DNA of 64,000 nucleotides, taken from Lingula anatina. Its lineage: Eukaryota > Animalia > Brachiopoda. Each line of letters starts with the position of its first letter. Within the stretch, counting starts at the first letter, position 1. The notes under the pieces are model-generated. The model saw only the letters and a program-made list of their open reading frames with translations. It was not told where the DNA came from and ran no database searches. Below are positions 62,584 through 64,000 of the stretch, piece by piece. The stretch covers positions 17,108,587-17,172,586 of the forward strand of contig CM120648.1 in assembly GCA_051362555.1 (NCBI GenBank), given 5' to 3'. A program made the translations under genes and the position numbers.

Positions 62584-64000
62584 AAAATAAATGAATAAAA
62601 TCATAGATTTACATTGATTGTCGGTGCGGAATCATTAACCATTCGAAATATGGGAAAATTGTCGTTTACCCCTGGAAAATCCTTTTTATTGGACTTTTCC
62701 CGCCAAACGAAGAGATGGCATCCCTTTAAATATGTTTAAACTAACACTTTGCTGAACAAACTAGGAACCCCCTGCTTTTCACTCATGTTTATCACCAGAC
62801 GTGTCAGTAATAAAGTATGACAAATCAGGTTGTTTACATTCCAAAAATAAGAATAAAACGATTTGCATCCTCACAATGACTTTTTTCGTGAAGTGCTTTT
62901 TACGCGCTGACGGTCGATGCGGCAACTTATTTGAAAACGCGTTAACTGAAAATACGCGCAACTTTACATCTTCAGGCGACGTAACACGCATTCATACAAT
63001 ATGCTCTAGCAGTATATTCTGCTCAAACTACTAAAAGATACCATCATGAATCTTACCATGTTGATGGAAAAGCCGCTGTCACCTTGCTCACATACGTCAG
63101 TTCCCGAGAAGCTCTAGCTAAAACTGACCATCCAGAATGTAGCAAACATACGTACTCAACAATTTGTTTATTGATGACTACTAGAATATATATATATATA
63201 CAGGCTGTCAACCATCAGAAAGTGTACGACAGTCAACTTTACGTATCTCCAGAACTATCATTTGCCTGCAAGGTAATATTGTGTAAGTAAAATAATCGAT
63301 ATCTCAATTAATTACATAACCACCCAAGCTGTCTCTCTGATATATGTCACCACCAAGAAGCTAATTGTTTTACAGCGTATCCAGAACAGAGGATTAGCGG
63401 ATTAACTAATCCACCGACTAAATATGGCCGACCCCACTTAAAAAGTGATGTCGCTAATTTCCTGATGTTCCCCTCCCCCCCCCCCCCCACCCCCACCCCA
63501 CCCTTCCACACGCGCCGTCGCTGCTGAAGCCTAGCAATAACATCTCGGAGCGGAGATTTTATCCGTGTAACACATATGTTTATTCAAAGTCATAATTTAA
63601 ATTTTCAGCTAGAATTAAGATTTCATTGCCTTTAAGATTAAAATGACGAATTTTATTCCGCACGCCGCTCACGTCAAACCCGTATCGGTCAGTGTCTATT
63701 TTATGTGTCAATCCAAAATCCTATTAAAACATTTCAACTTGAATTAAAAATTCATTAACTTAACGAGGATGACGACATCGTTATAACGCGTTGCCGCCCA
63801 CATCTGACACGTATCAGGCAGTGTCTTCTTTTTTTGGCGTGTCAATTTCTAATCAAATTATTCAACTATAGGATTAAAATTTTATAGAGGCCATTTTCAG
63901 GATCTTCCGGAAGATGGTCAGATTTTCAAGTTAACATTGACGGGTGTCTTATTATTTTCTGTCGGAATACAGTCAAAAATGGAGGACGGATCAACAGAGA

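Overview
AT-rich, repeat-dense eukaryotic genomic DNA with GT-AG introns and microsatellites; the gene and repeat content suggests a mollusc or other lophotrochozoan (inference). I built four spliced gene models by hand. Two are minus-strand tandem carotenoid cleavage oxygenase genes (BCO/RPE65/NinaB family). They come from a ~7-8 kb tandem duplication whose junction (21231/21232) falls inside a palindromic MITE. The right copy (23972-26432, 538 aa) is intact; the left copy (15944-18520) has a 1-nt frameshift just before the PDPCK motif. The third is a plus-strand 4-exon gene (34871-40297, ~297 aa), not evident from the ORF track, encoding a putative secreted protein with a C-terminal domain resembling transcobalamin-C/DUF4430. 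The fourth is a minus-strand 8-exon divergent chitin synthase (43182-53163, ~1104 aa). Non-genic highlights are a minimal Penelope-type hammerhead ribozyme (42328-42366), Ginger1-like TGT..ACA elements with CCGG target duplications, a decayed Tc1 nested in a MITE, chains of Harbinger-like hairpin MITEs, a Helentron-associated tandem-repeat element and two LINE 3' ends. All calls are by eye, without database searches.
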